From contig CAYWJO010000003.1 in assembly GCA_964458565.1 (NCBI GenBank), forward strand, positions 78,675 through 142,674: 64,000 bases of DNA, in the 5' to 3' direction. Of the stretch, positions 41,301 to 48,830 are shown piece by piece. Position 1 is the first letter of the stretch. Each line of letters starts with the position of its first letter. Origin of the DNA: an uncultured archaeon. GTDB lineage: Archaea > Asgardarchaeota > Thorarchaeia > Thorarchaeales > Thorarchaeaceae. A program made the translations under genes and the position numbers. The notes beneath the pieces are model-generated. The model searched no databases. It saw only the letters and a program-made list of their open reading frames with translations, and was not told the DNA's origin.

Positions 41301-44300
41301 TCGCACCCGTTATGGGTAGGCCTGTATATGCATTGGTAAAGACCAGAGTAGCCTTGAAGTCAAATCCAACTGGTGTAGTGGAAACATTGAGGTAGGTCAA
41401 TGAAGTATGATGATAGAGTTGTAGGTCAAAATGAGTAGTGGCATCATTATAGTATGGGTGTGATGATTGTATATCTATCCTCCAAGAAGTTGCAGTTCCT
41501 AGATCAGAAGTATTGACTGCAATTCCGTAATATCCTGTGCCATAATCGTTGAACGTTTTCGCTGTTGGTGAACCTGAAACCGTCCAATTCATTGAAACAG
41601 TCGCACCAGTGATACTCTGGGAGTTCACATCGTCATCGAGATAGACCTCTACGTAGAGCAAGTCTCCAGCAAATCTGAGTGAGACCTGATCGCTGACAGC
41701 ATCACCAGGAGAAACAAGAGTTAGAGATGAATCATGTTTCACTAGAAACTCACGTTCATAGAGGCCTGTCTTATCACTAACAGATGCGCCCGTATCATTA
41801 TAGTATACTGAAACAGTCCAAATCCCAGCTGGTGCTGTTGAATCAATTGTCTTGGTGACTGAGTGTTCTGGAGAAGTACGTGTTTGTTGAGATCCTCTCT
41901 GAACAAATGTGGTCGGTGCAAACATATTCTTGTATTCGGTGGAAATCCATCCACTTACACGTTGGACACCTGCTATTCGGACCTCATCTATTTTTCCTGT
42001 GTGATAAGCCTCACCTGCTGAAACCTCTGAGGGGTCTAAATACCCACCACCAATACCCCAATCAGTTGTGAAAGCTAGATTTAGAGAGCTTGCACCAGTA
42101 TGGACTGTTGTGCTCGTGTCATCAACTCCGTTTATGAAAATCTTATTATTTGAAGGAGCGTCAGCATCCATATAGCATGTATAGTAATACCATCCAGATG
42201 ACCAAGATGTAGTAGTTGTGTATTTAGTGTATTCTGAGCCACCAACCTCAAATCCAAATGCCAGACTACCAGGAGAGTTTGTGGATTCGGAATAGTCAGC
42301 GCCTATCAGCATGATATGGAAGTTGTCATCACCATCCAAGTACTTCGACATCAGGAGTCTTGAGGGACTAGAAGTTGAACCCCACGAATCTGCTATGTAA
42401 AACCATCCAGAAAGTGTTAGATCACCACTTAGGTCTAGACCTTCTGAAGCAGCGATAGATATCCAGTCATTACCATCAAAGTCCTGACCATAACTATGAC
42501 CATCTCTCATCCCTACTGTCCTGTCTGTACCATTTCCAGTTCCAGTATAATTGCCAATTGTTGAGTCATAGAAGGCATTACCAAATGTTTCGTCTGTATA
42601 ATCTTCTGAGAGATGCCATACTGCATCATAATTATTAGTCCAGACCTCCGTGGGCTGCTCAGTTGGACCAATCACAGGATTCCCGTAGTACATATACAGG
42701 GTGTTGCTAAGTGTACTGGTTAGATTCGCTTTCACCCAAGCTACAAGTGCACCAGAATCATATCGCTCAATTTCGTGAGACAATACTTTGCCAATACTGT
42801 CTGTGAAGACAATATCATCACCATCAGACTGGGCACGAGTTCCTAAATCCGTATCAGAGAAACTCACCATAACTGGGAAGTTTGTCACATCTGCATCAAC
42901 CTGAGATGCGAGGATAGTTAGGACTTTTCGATATTGAAACGATGGGACATGCCATGTTGTACCGGGGGTACCAGATGTTGCGGAGGTTTCATACCAGACT
43001 GTATCAGTAGGATCTGATAGTACGAAACCAACCTTTGCATTTTCAATCCATGGAGTTGTTGCTCTGAACTGAGCCACATCATTGATATCAAATATAGCAG
43101 TATCTGACAGGCTCTGCCCATTGATTCCTAATTGGACGTTTTGAACATAATTCCAGCTCTGGAACTTAATCTCCCAAACGCCCCAAATGTCAACCGCAGA
43201 TGAGAATATAGTGAGCTTTCCACCAGTATAATCCCAATCTGTACCTTCAATCTTTGCTTGACCAATAGGATTAGTCACCGAGGTGGGAATCCACTCAGTA
43301 ATTGGATAGTTAACGACAAAGTCCATTGAATCAGTTAAAGCAGGAGGAGAAACAAGGATATTAGCTGTCCAATCAACCAAACTCGAATTGGTCACGAAGA
43401 AGGAAGTTCCTTCTTGCATATTCTCATCAAGAGACGAACCAGTTCCTATGAAGTCCATGCTGAGTGTGATACCAACATCAATCGGGCTAGTCGAGCTTGT
43501 TGAAATCAGGAATTGCACCTGTTCGTCAGCGGACCAACCTACGGTGTTTGTATTCTCGGAACCAACAGAGTAGAATGTATCAGGACTATATTGATTATTG
43601 AATTCGGTTTCTATCCAACTTGTTGATAGAAACATTGTCGTCATTCTGAGCTCATCAATTGTCCCATTAAAGAATCGATCCAATACCGGATTATTTTCAT
43701 CAATCATTTGCCAATTTCCAATAGTAAAGTTCAATGTAGAATCTTCAGGAGTGACTCCATTCTTTGTATCTGTTTGAATAAGACTTCCATCAACATATAT
43801 ATTCGATTCAGCAGTGGCAGCACTCCATGTCCACACTAAATGATGCCAGTTCTGTACGGTCACGCCGCCTGCATCAACTGAAGTAGCTGTACTATAATCT
43901 GTGCTGTATCTTATTCTGAAGTTGGTTCCTTGAACAGCAAAGTGAATTATCGCATCAACTGGATTAGTATTAGGGGCTTTTGAGAAGATTCGATCGTCAT
44001 CTGTGTCATTATGAAATATCCATGCACTGATGGAGAAACTTGACCAATCGTCTGTAGCAATTTGTCCAACACTTAATACATCATCATCACCATCGAAATT
44101 GAGACCATAACCCACCTGCCCAGCAACAACATCATTAGAAGACATTGAACCATTCGAAAATCCATCATGGTTGTTCCATGTACTATCAAAGATTGTGCCA
44201 CTGGGATTATCGTCCATATGTTGAACCATCTCGTAATTATTCCATATATTGGTGGAATCCAAATCAACTGAAGATCCACAATAATGCATTCTGATTACAG

Positions 44301-46173
44301 TATCAACAGAGCTCGATAAAGCAGGCACATTTACCCAGGCGACAAGATGAGCATGAGTTGAGTTTTCATATTCGAATAATTCGATCTCATGATAAACAGG
44401 ATTTCCATCAACTGTAAACATGATATCTGAGCCATCTGGTTGAGCATCTGTTCGCAAATCACTATCAAAAATATCAATCATTACAGGAAAATCATTTAGA
44501 ACTGCTGTAACCTGAGATGAATGAATGGTTATATCCTTGTAATAGGGCAGATTGTAATGCTGGTTCTGAATAATATCAGTTTCTAGAGGTACTAGATATT
44601 CAACAACCAATCGAGGCATATCATAACTACGATATGCGTTAGCTGAATCAAAACCAGTGGTTCCTTTGAAATCGTTATACGAAATATCGTCTACACCATT
44701 CATGATATCCAACATGAATGTGACATAGTTACCAGGTTCCCACCCTGATCGAGCAATCACACTCTGAAGGAGTGAACTTACATCAGGTGTACTATACCTC
44801 GTATTAGTAGTCCAGCTTGTTATATCCCATACAATACTTGCACCAAGCCAGGTGTATCTGTCTTCAAGGGTAGGTATACCTGTCGTAAATGCACTAGTAT
44901 CATCGTCATCTGCTAGATATATCCTCATATCCGCAATACCATCAGGACTTCCTGATGATTCCAATTCGAAGTATGCAGATGTTATTGCGGCACCCCGAGG
45001 AATGTTAACAGGGAATTGCACACCGCCTTGAAATGGATTTGAAGCCCAATTACCAGACCCATCATAAATTCCAATGTTTAAATCTCCATCCCCACTACCC
45101 CATGGATAACCATCAAGGTCAATCCCATTACCACCACTATCATCATAGCAGTCACGACCACTTCCATATGGTACATATTGTGAGATTGAACCAGGTATTG
45201 AACCGACCACGCTGGTTTCATTCAATTTGAGATCAATTTGCTCTGGGAATGGACGTACATCCATCTCCATAACAACTTCATCGATATACACTCTGCTAGT
45301 TCTTGCTGCTGATTGTACGCCATTTTGGTCGGTTCCAAGACCAATCTCAAAGAGGAGCGAATTTGGGAAAGAGAGGGTGTTGATAAATGAAGAAGAGATT
45401 GTTACTGAAGCTTGCAACCATGTGCCTGTTGAGTCCCCACTTTCAAAGACTCTGAATTTTGTTTCATCGCCACCTACTCGTATAAACAAATAACATTGAT
45501 CATTCAAATTAGAAGCTGCTTCAACATAATAGTAGAAACTAACATGAATTGATGTCACATCTCGATATGAAGCAGCCACCATTTGACTCATATAAAGTTC
45601 ATCAGAGGAGTATACTGTCCAACCGGTCTGCCAATCTGCACGGAACGAGAAACCCCGTGAACCACCATAACCAGTACCAGCATAATCGATATTTCGGAAC
45701 AGACCGTCTAATGGATGATCACTACCAGAAGATTCAGCGTCTATCATTGTCCAAAAATTAGGAACTGCTACATTCTGGTCGTCATAACCACTTACACCCC
45801 CAGTTAGAAACTTTTCCTGAGTGTAAGTGTCCCATGTTGGATTTGCAAGTGCATTGGCAATATTCAATGAGAGAGAGTCCAAGACTGCATCCAGGTTTGA
45901 TCCAGAAAAACCTGAATCTATTCCAACAACACCATATTCAGATGTTGTCGAGTCTATGGTTAGAGTAGTACCGTTCTTGGCAGTCCCACTGATCTCATAA
46001 TAGATAGGATCTCCAGTTCCCGAGTACGCTTCGGAGTCCTGAGACCATACACTATTCGTTGATTCATCATTCTTTTGATTTAGTTTACTATTTGCATCTA
46101 AATAAGGTCCACCGGTCATCGGGATTAGAAATAGTGCTACAAAGATAAATGCAACCAGACTTGCTCTCTTCAT
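29374..46173 (-). CDS. giant surface protein (5599 aa): signal peptide, unique N-terminal region, 2x (DUF2341-like + LamG), at least 10 copies of a ~100-aa Ig-like repeat, further beta-sandwich arrays, C-terminal TM anchor, conserved cytoplasmic tail
   Basis: Uninterrupted 16.8-kb ORF. Signal peptide MKRASLVAFIFVALFLIPMTG. LamG_3-like segments at about aa 665-870 and 1225-1425. Repeated R[KT]HYT..S/V.G units span aa about 1685-2700. The TM helix GTPIVFILLLLGALYV is followed by KRLRQINGQIK and a tail homologous to the 3160-aa paralog. Confidence 0.9.
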   Translation of the reverse strand: MKRASLVAFIFVALFLIPMTGGPYLDANSKLNQKNDESTNSVWSQDSEAYSGTGDPIYYEISGTAKNGTTLTIDSTTSEYGVVGIDSGFSGSNLDAVLDSLSLNIANALANPTWDTYTQEKFLTGGVSGYDDQNVAVPNFWTMIDAESSGSDHPLDGLFRNIDYAGTGYGGSRGFSFRADWQTGWTVYSSDELYMSQMVAASYRDVTSIHVSFYYYVEAASNLNDQCYLFIRVGGDETKFRVFESGDSTGTWLQASVTISSSFINTLSFPNSLLFEIGLGTDQNGVQSAARTSRVYIDEVVMEMDVRPFPEQIDLKLNETSVVGSIPGSISQYVPYGSGRDCYDDSGGNGIDLDGYPWGSGDGDLNIGIYDGSGNWASNPFQGGVQFPVNIPRGAAITSAYFELESSGSPDGIADMRIYLADDDDTSAFTTGIPTLEDRYTWLGASIVWDITSWTTNTRYSTPDVSSLLQSVIARSGWEPGNYVTFMLDIMNGVDDISYNDFKGTTGFDSANAYRSYDMPRLVVEYLVPLETDIIQNQHYNLPYYKDITIHSSQVTAVLNDFPVMIDIFDSDLRTDAQPDGSDIMFTVDGNPVYHEIELFEYENSTHAHLVAWVNVPALSSSVDTVIRMHYCGSSVDLDSTNIWNNYEMVQHMDDNPSGTIFDSTWNNHDGFSNGSMSSNDVVAGQVGYGLNFDGDDDVLSVGQIATDDWSSFSISAWIFHNDTDDDRIFSKAPNTNPVDAIIHFAVQGTNFRIRYSTDYSTATSVDAGGVTVQNWHHLVWTWSAATAESNIYVDGSLIQTDTKNGVTPEDSTLNFTIGNWQMIDENNPVLDRFFNGTIDELRMTTMFLSTSWIETEFNNQYSPDTFYSVGSENTNTVGWSADEQVQFLISTSSTSPIDVGITLSMDFIGTGSSLDENMQEGTSFFVTNSSLVDWTANILVSPPALTDSMDFVVNYPITEWIPTSVTNPIGQAKIEGTDWDYTGGKLTIFSSAVDIWGVWEIKFQSWNYVQNVQLGINGQSLSDTAIFDINDVAQFRATTPWIENAKVGFVLSDPTDTVWYETSATSGTPGTTWHVPSFQYRKVLTILASQVDADVTNFPVMVSFSDTDLGTRAQSDGDDIVFTDSIGKVLSHEIERYDSGALVAWVKANLTSTLSNTLYMYYGNPVIGPTEQPTEVWTNNYDAVWHLSEDYTDETFGNAFYDSTIGNYTGTGNGTDRTVGMRDGHSYGQDFDGNDWISIAASEGLDLSGDLTLSGWFYIADSWGSTSSPSRLLMSKYLDGDDNFHIMLIGADYSESTNSPGSLAFGFEVGGSEYTKYTTTTSWSSGWYYYTCYMDADAPSNNKIFINGVDDTSTTVHTGASSLNLAFTTDWGIGGGYLDPSEVSAGEAYHTGKIDEVRIAGVQRVSGWISTEYKNMFAPTTFVQRGSQQTRTSPEHSVTKTIDSTAPAGIWTVSVYYNDTGASVSDKTGLYEREFLVKHDSSLTLVSPGDAVSDQVSLRFAGDLLYVEVYLDDDVNSQSITGATVSMNWTVSGSPTAKTFNDYGTGYYGIAVNTSDLGTATSWRIDIQSSHPYYNDATTHFDLQLYHHTSLTYLNVSTTPVGFDFKATLVFTNAYTGLPITGATITLSDGSPVTVEAQGGGKYNISVSTSGLNLGEHIFAFNATKSGFFLEQGYTEITFILRKHYTTASIVGNTITPYGLETNLTVVVIDTDLGIELDETYVDSFILSWFGDSQPFDGSSLNVLLDTSDWSVSTRVVTLSLLMSHVNYSNPTDYSFDVTIRTHYTAVSVSGGLTTPFGVNTPINVKIIDLDTGDDIGILNVSQLSFTSSYGTQDVTTPGNNYVTLITSSWLVGAETVTLSVSFSNPNYAIPDDYQFDVQIRVHYTALMITGDFTTAHGLDTDVRIIVLDTDTGTELATDDVTLVRFQWTGGYQDANPSATSTFDFVLDTSPWPVGLRTVTTFAVVDSSSYDSPDNFVFNVTIRGHYTSASVSGDFIQPFGSTSPLTISIIDLDTGASVALGNVGNYTFNWSGGSQFEQATSWDVTLDTSSWPVMTRIVNLTIKMSNPIFAAPDIYQFNVEIRKHYTSTNIQGDLVTPFGYDTNLTIVLTDTDTGTQLDDTFVSSYSFLSSYGSDPGSPSTLNHSLDTDSWSVSQVSVTLSLSMSGDYESPSDYDFVVTIRKHYTVVGVQADFLVPYGFTTDVTIVLTDVDTGLLLTQNEIESFTFTSWEVEGDNQPGISSLDFTLTTDDWTLGPETVVLSVIMDSDYFNPTDYSFEILVRKHHTAMSVQGDFITPYGEVTHVTIVLVDLDTGTNLDHTFVSSFTFTSSSEFEGKSSGITNLNYTLTTDDWVIGSDTVTLTLTMNNIYSSPDDYDFAVTIRKHYTSLSVDGDLLTPFGFNTPLIIVIVDLDTASELTHTSVYYFNFTSIPSPYSEVTPSDLDVNLPTNLWSIGDEIVTLSVTMVGSSEYYDPTDYDFTITIRKHHTAMTVQGDFVTAYGYTTAVTILLTDLDTVSILDYSDVGSFGFVWATGNHNETSPGIFDLDVLLATDTWSVASHPVTLGLDMTGIYESPDDYSFSIIIRTHYTAITVIGDLVSPYGNDTPLTIVITDLDTGAQLDNSSVAGFTFSSGYAPYSPSNTQLDLVLPTNIWNVGTETVTLSMTMSGIYGHPGNYVFDIVIHSLKTYLYNEPTDLIYPIDDDFQIIIRFNVSEDGNQYNGAPINGITQGEFTVTNGTGYTFPASISFLSDGRYNLSISATFFQKKGSYSITIRVIPSDSRYGSTSLIIIFEYREALSFLSSDNYPQVITPYGSDVWITLNYTDIDRNAGISGATITATGISISYYEFPGTPGLYNVTLLVGGLDRGIHYFDLTAESTIHAARTLSNFRILVRIVYTYAIPTVGALDIPVGNDPVFYVEYWDIDNNLPIDDSGLFELNTGWDTLFGRPVIMQYLLGEGRYRITLPTEVDDPLQQNVVVLFNFSKGSNYQFGLFNLTISLRTHNTDFRTVNAPEPTYFNANITIDVFYGDLDDQVGIKSKYVLHRVEDINGLPVTSYLFNGTLPGYYVIKVPANQFGPGLFGLKIFFNWTGPVYTYQNKTINTQVNIGGTESAYALLITAEPTPYLENMTYTFFYSDFFTGIGIDNTTSGNPPGGNVFISIEFQSYTVDLSKVTITEVIGQPGNYSISFNNTIFGTTGVILMNVYIGWNPGVDPYYTNRTDVIAVRVNPRDTILSVTPPTPTPYGENATFIFTYDDVTGAGSVPIAYNSTTMEIILSLADFSLFYNDTDKTFTVSFDTNQFTAPIEKKSFTLSVTWDGAPFYADRYGRQISVTLTLRQTVVEYQTPSPTPFGDNVVFSVIWTDVTGTGGPIDNNVNLTLYDVLGSIYIPFSYYSVTPLGDGEYSVDFNASYYTTPGTFGLRVYLTNYTFFMPDVTASRFLEIRYRTTFLTADPVPRNAYNTSVDIILYYQDFLTLDNIDHDVSVQILSPGTWYSSMSWLGAPYNYYLLTVQTYNHPAMVPGNVTSLIIQLSYQNAAPFYSSRTTVADIETRARYSTLDLSVSPSDTPYLEYVNFTIRYYDVDLDATISGGTVSIYKGLTTLVQDVDYLVTPGSPGYYDVSVLSTALDGLGATSLKVSASYSGIPYHAMANLTVTAQVVKRTSNVEILVAPSATNYLEDVTFIFAFTDAVTGQKVQISDSDIKIYDQGVLLTQVVDYTLNGTTGTSFEVTINSVTLSTVLINNLQITVEVIWDGSVPYYRDDSSTTKVSIIPRDTLVSVSPPINTAYGENATFTFSFLDVSGGGESAISFDPTHMDISTSLFETPEIFGVTEFTIEFDTAQFGGIGQKTFTLSVTWAGAPYYSNRTLITIRITVTLRASIVEFQSPDPTPFGDSVVFTVEYQDIAGLTTTGILDSDCDFALFYSNISGNYPLTGFYSVNYLGSGVFEIDLDSSYFATPGLFTLNASFTYTGSEYVEDAWSIRQFSVRYRSTILSNEPVGRIGIDTIMNVILDYQDILTLQTIVNGTTFYTSFEILNTTGPDYVYSITWDSDSQKYELQVETAGRGFGSGINYTLHVRMSYVNLEPFYAADELYIAFSIRGRIASIDLEESPQPTAYNDITESPLNPFVVLYLDTDASIGIDGASISLEYSNGSPIALMYYTWDALTAGEYQINLNTSALGAPAQYTIFVFANKIGAPYYYNEAVISVRITVTTRPTNVDVKDPPQQTKYLDLFNFTLAFTDVGTGNDIIIDSGDVIIYNGGTLLSPSNYIITPEINYFRIVINTTKIANATLTRILTITVTWSGGAPYYASDSTPVSVTITKRVARITIGLSPDTPMQDLMRLTFNYTDDTTGNGIVIPLTQITLACDQVTLTWGANYWVYSGALPGEYYIDVSTTFLGSFGIFTFRLNLDWIDSSRPFYRDISGVPMVGSVRGIRTSITPDSPVPSTVPLKDNVSITITLNDIDHTLPDPRHYINDVSSSITVVYSSGSEPAIWDIEFLFDGQYLITVNTLDAGAAGLKSLVITFNLYPYDEAESQVSFQVRLRQASIQEVSSTKSRFAGDEGYILVWLNDTDANVLVDGASSTVTWLSVSDVTPISGGFYNITFQTTSIPYGVKILKIVLSLSSYSISAVYFDIEIKQVETDLTLSDSSISVYWRDEVTITAVYYDTVHSRPVLAGDLTYSWILGSDIPLIATGVPGNFTFSLDTQLVPHGTYAIQIIASYENHITQTKSVTLTILQIPVSINPSGDDFTLDTTRGSEVTIRVNLEVSDSPYAGEGVIDANVLITWDFGSEQSEYFTQETGGNYSFILDTDDAEASRTYTLVIEASKNNYLISPIIMTLVVKQTMTVVQLDINSQSIADENFYWSQIVEVGVWVYAPYINETENPDEHWRNDATVTMSLIGEGTPYPLYLLNRSVFGANYWGYYNVSIDTSQYPAQTYTLRISAVPLNKEYTSNSTTTTLSIRAIHTLVEAPEIPAIFWGGNGTYGFNFVDEDHESLVINATVTYQWANRKFNATPFGNGTYGIFIDSTLVEPSTEEYSLTVDFRKDNYDYIPRTVRVRVRSIPTEIVVYPPKYSNSSMDATQLVVPFGDSITVILFYNATVAPWDTPFIGGVEGANWTLDEVDYARYYHPVYDTSPLDIIELGNGNYSFTFDTSLFRVDDARYRFTIPLRTANRTQSIITIFITIIDVPTDTAFTSNNVDSEDRININYAVPTTVELRFYDAWPGHVGDGITGAYIKVISSNPEVVNVTSWEEIGNGIYRLTIEAPVLFPIGLPDVSSVIDIRIYRVNHVDGDIELLVGITPTEFQDTLTTVTSYGTPIVFILLLLGALYVRVLSVPKRLRQINGQIKALGKGKVPKPIDEAKRRDQLIAELFNDTFEQVKITRRPDQLPSESVIVAVPEMGELLVQLSILTHLSPDELDEFKADISKMRLSEQAAFVKEVIYQEAIRAARRDGKSVEKVLEEVADQASRTVAGVEEGEVPRVDYRGPEEDSIFLVDEDRPKKPPIDFDEPIDVDEEMESTIMKAEPEAKRMADKRPEDYLPERPASPDEKLSPFELAELRKELEEKGVPPHEIDTIMEQAEHLSRELVDEFVKSLTGKK

Positions 46174-46512
46174 TCATTTGAACCTCCTGGGTCATAAAGG
46201 TCCGTTTTGTTTTGGTTATGAAACGGTTAGGTCAGAAAGACCTAGTGTACACTCCTCATTTGGTTCATTTACAGACATAAGAAGGAATTGTATGTCTGAC
46301 CAATTCCGTGATTAGACGGTTATGCCAATTTTTCGAAATCCCAATCAAAGATACATGCGATCACACATTCATTCATTTTGATTTCTTTATCCATCTATTA
46401 CCTATGCCCAACGAACCAAATAGAATTCAAACGTATCTACTCATATATTTACGCTGTTTGAATTCGCGGAGAGAAATTCTAGGAATACTTGTCACAAATC
46501 AGGTCAAAATAG

Positions 46513-47205
46513 CTAATTGGGTGCATTAAGATAATCTCTATAGCTTACAAAAGAATAACCAAGCCGATCTTTCATATCTGCAATCAAATTGAACACAGAG
46601 TTAGACCTACAATCCGCAGGATGAATGGCAAGTTGCATCGCGCCTCCAATCTCTAGCTCTAGCAAAGAATCTACAATCTCTAATTTCCCATCGCCATTGC
46701 TCACAAAGTGATCGGCTGTAGATAAGACAGATTTTTTCTTGAGCAGGTGAATTTCGTTTCCAACCACACAATAATCCAATTTCATGTCTTCAACAATCTT
46801 GAGGATTCTTGGAGGAGCTAACCATTTTGGAGGAATAAATCCGACAGGGCGAGAACCAAACACCTTCCGAACGGAAGTCACTCCTCGCTGAACTCTTGAA
46901 GTCATCTGCTCGCTGTTCAAATTCTTGAATTCACTCGCACCTCCAGATTTGGCTAGAAATGAATATCCATGAAGGGATATCTCCTGATCGAGAGATTTTA
47001 GATATTTCACAAAGATTTCATGTTTCTCAAAATTAGCTGACCCCTTCATTTCATACATGGGAGTGATGAGTAACGTATAGCTATCAATACCTATCTCATC
47101 CATTCGGTCGATAGTTGTAATAATATCATTTTCAAATGCAGGAGAAATAACAGAGATAGAAACCAAACAGGTTTGCTCTTTGACTTGTTCAGACTTCCGT
47201 CTCAA
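46513..47205 (-). CDS. DUF2334-like predicted polysaccharide deacetylase-fold protein
   Basis: 230 aa. The ISLHGYSF motif and overall pattern resemble the DUF2334/deacetylase-like family. Weak assignment. Confidence 0.4.
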   Translation of the reverse strand: MRRKSEQVKEQTCLVSISVISPAFENDIITTIDRMDEIGIDSYTLLITPMYEMKGSANFEKHEIFVKYLKSLDQEISLHGYSFLAKSGGASEFKNLNSEQMTSRVQRGVTSVRKVFGSRPVGFIPPKWLAPPRILKIVEDMKLDYCVVGNEIHLLKKKSVLSTADHFVSNGDGKLEIVDSLLELEIGGAMQLAIHPADCRSNSVFNLIADMKDRLGYSFVSYRDYLNAPN

Positions 47206-47267
47206 CTCTATATCCCCATTATACTATACAATGCGGTAATATATGCACACCACTAAAGAAATAGTGT

Positions 47268-47504
47268 TCATATTGATTTGTTCCATTGTTTATAGGCTAA
47301 GTCAATGTCCTTGTCTGTGATGGTCTTTCTTCGTGTGTGCTCTGTAATTTCGAATGCTCTGCGAGCTATGTATATTCCTACATCTTCCAGTATTTTTGCA
47401 AGTCGTTCAGCACCCTTATCGCTGACTCGTCCAGCACCAGCTTTTCTAATCAAGCGGTCAATAGGTGCAACGGGTATGATTCTGTCATCTCGTGATCTTG
47501 GCAA
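47268..47504 (-). CDS. archaeal histone (HMf-like histone fold) with short basic N-terminal extension
   Basis: 78 aa. IIPVAPIDRLIRKAGAGRVSDKGAERLAKILEDVG...RRKTITDKDIDLAYK aligns with HMfB ([22 protein letters not shown]...GRKTIKAEDIELA). Carries an extra MPRSRDDR N-terminal tail. Confidence 0.85.
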   Translation of the reverse strand: MPRSRDDRIIPVAPIDRLIRKAGAGRVSDKGAERLAKILEDVGIYIARRAFEITEHTRRKTITDKDIDLAYKQWNKSI

Positions 47505-47633
47505 AAGTTATCGCTCCTTTTTTTGGCATTTTTGGCCTTTTCAGCCTGTTATCTCTTGGATGGCCTATTAAAGGCTTGTTATATTGGAAAAACAACCATT
47601 TGAAGTGAGTACGTTTGGCGCGTAGGTTTTACC

Positions 47634-48830
47634 TCATCGACCCTCTTTCCCTGTACGAAGAATTACTACCTTGGACATGTTCAGTTCGTTATCCAAGACT
47701 GATAGATCCATCTGTGCCTCTAGTTGACGCACCTTTTCGAGATCCGCACCAATTGAAGGATATTTTGGAGCAAGTGTGCAGCAGGATGGTGCATCTGTTG
47801 CATAATCATATGTACCGACCTCTCGAGCAAGAGCAGTGATATCCACTTTGTCATCGCCAGCAAGAGGTCGTAGAATTGGCAGGTCTCGAACAGCATCATC
47901 GATTACTCGAAGATTACGTGTCGTCTGCGAGGCTTGTTCTCCGATTATCTCCCCAGTTACAATAGCTTCTGCATCCTCCTTCTCTGCAACACCTCGAGCA
48001 AGACGCATCATGTTTCTCTTACAGAACACACATGTCAATTTGGTTTCGCCCTGAGCCATGGCTTCATCGAGATCTGGACCGTGAGGTACCAAGTACAACT
48101 TGACCTTGTAATTATGTATGTAATCAGCAAGAGTCTGTGCCTGCTTCTTGACCAACTCGATGCATGATTCATCACTATGAGGAAGATTGTCAAAATAGAC
48201 GAAGGTAGGGATACACCCTCGTTTCATTATTTTGTATGCAGCCATTGGAGAATCAAGTCCTGTCGAGAGGGTGCAGACAACTTTGCCTTGGGTGCCTGTA
48301 GGCATTCCTCCAACACCTTTGATGGTCTTTGCAAAAAGATATGCAGCTTCTTTGCGAACCTCGACGTAAATCTCTTGCTCAGGATTTGAGAGATCTACCT
48401 CTAGATTGTATTCTGAGAGGTCATCAAAAATTGCGCCACCTAATTGTGCCCCTACGTCTTGGCTTGAGTACTGATGGTTACCAAATCGACGCGCATGTAC
48501 AGCAAATGTCAATCCTTTCTTAAATTCAGACCTAGCAAGTTTTATACCCGCTGAGGTTATTGAGTCCAGTTCCGAGGTTGTGACTACAACAGGCGAAGTG
48601 GATACTACTCCAAAGACTCTTGATGCAACCAAAGAAGCTTTTTCGACATCTGGGGTTTCGATAAAGATTCTACCCCATTCCTGTCGTATGCTATCAAATG
48701 AAACCTTATTCTCTCTAAGTGTTGAGCGAATGTGCTTCACAAGCATTGCAGTCATTCGTTTACGAGTTTGGTTTGACTTAATACCAATCTCACCAAATCG
48801 TAATAATACTGTAGAATACTCAGGTTCCAT
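47634..48830 (-). CDS. thiI: tRNA sulfurtransferase ThiI (THUMP + PP-loop ATP pyrophosphatase)
   Basis: 398 aa with an N-terminal THUMP-like region and the PP-loop SGGxDS-type motif (CTLSTGLDSPMAAY). Confidence 0.85.
   Translation of the reverse strand: MEPEYSTVLLRFGEIGIKSNQTRKRMTAMLVKHIRSTLRENKVSFDSIRQEWGRIFIETPDVEKASLVASRVFGVVSTSPVVVTTSELDSITSAGIKLARSEFKKGLTFAVHARRFGNHQYSSQDVGAQLGGAIFDDLSEYNLEVDLSNPEQEIYVEVRKEAAYLFAKTIKGVGGMPTGTQGKVVCTLSTGLDSPMAAYKIMKRGCIPTFVYFDNLPHSDESCIELVKKQAQTLADYIHNYKVKLYLVPHGPDLDEAMAQGETKLTCVFCKRNMMRLARGVAEKEDAEAIVTGEIIGEQASQTTRNLRVIDDAVRDLPILRPLAGDDKVDITALAREVGTYDYATDAPSCCTLAPKYPSIGADLEKVRQLEAQMDLSVLDNELNMSKVVILRTGKEGR

Noticed and set aside
29607-45761. Short ORFs inside or antisense to giant gene 2 (e.g. 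30618..30884, 37044..37346, 45033..45493)
   Set aside because: Same reasoning. The 16.8-kb frame is continuous and these have no motifs and no ribosome-binding context.
46174-46512. 340-bp intergenic region upstream of giant gene 2, checked for tRNA/ncRNA; contains ORF 46308..46529 and a small hairpin TAGGTCagaaaGACCTA
   Set aside because: No cloverleaf-compatible segment or GC-rich structured RNA seen. The region is AT-rich and looks like promoter/5' leader. The 73-aa ORF has no start context and overlaps the downstream gene end.
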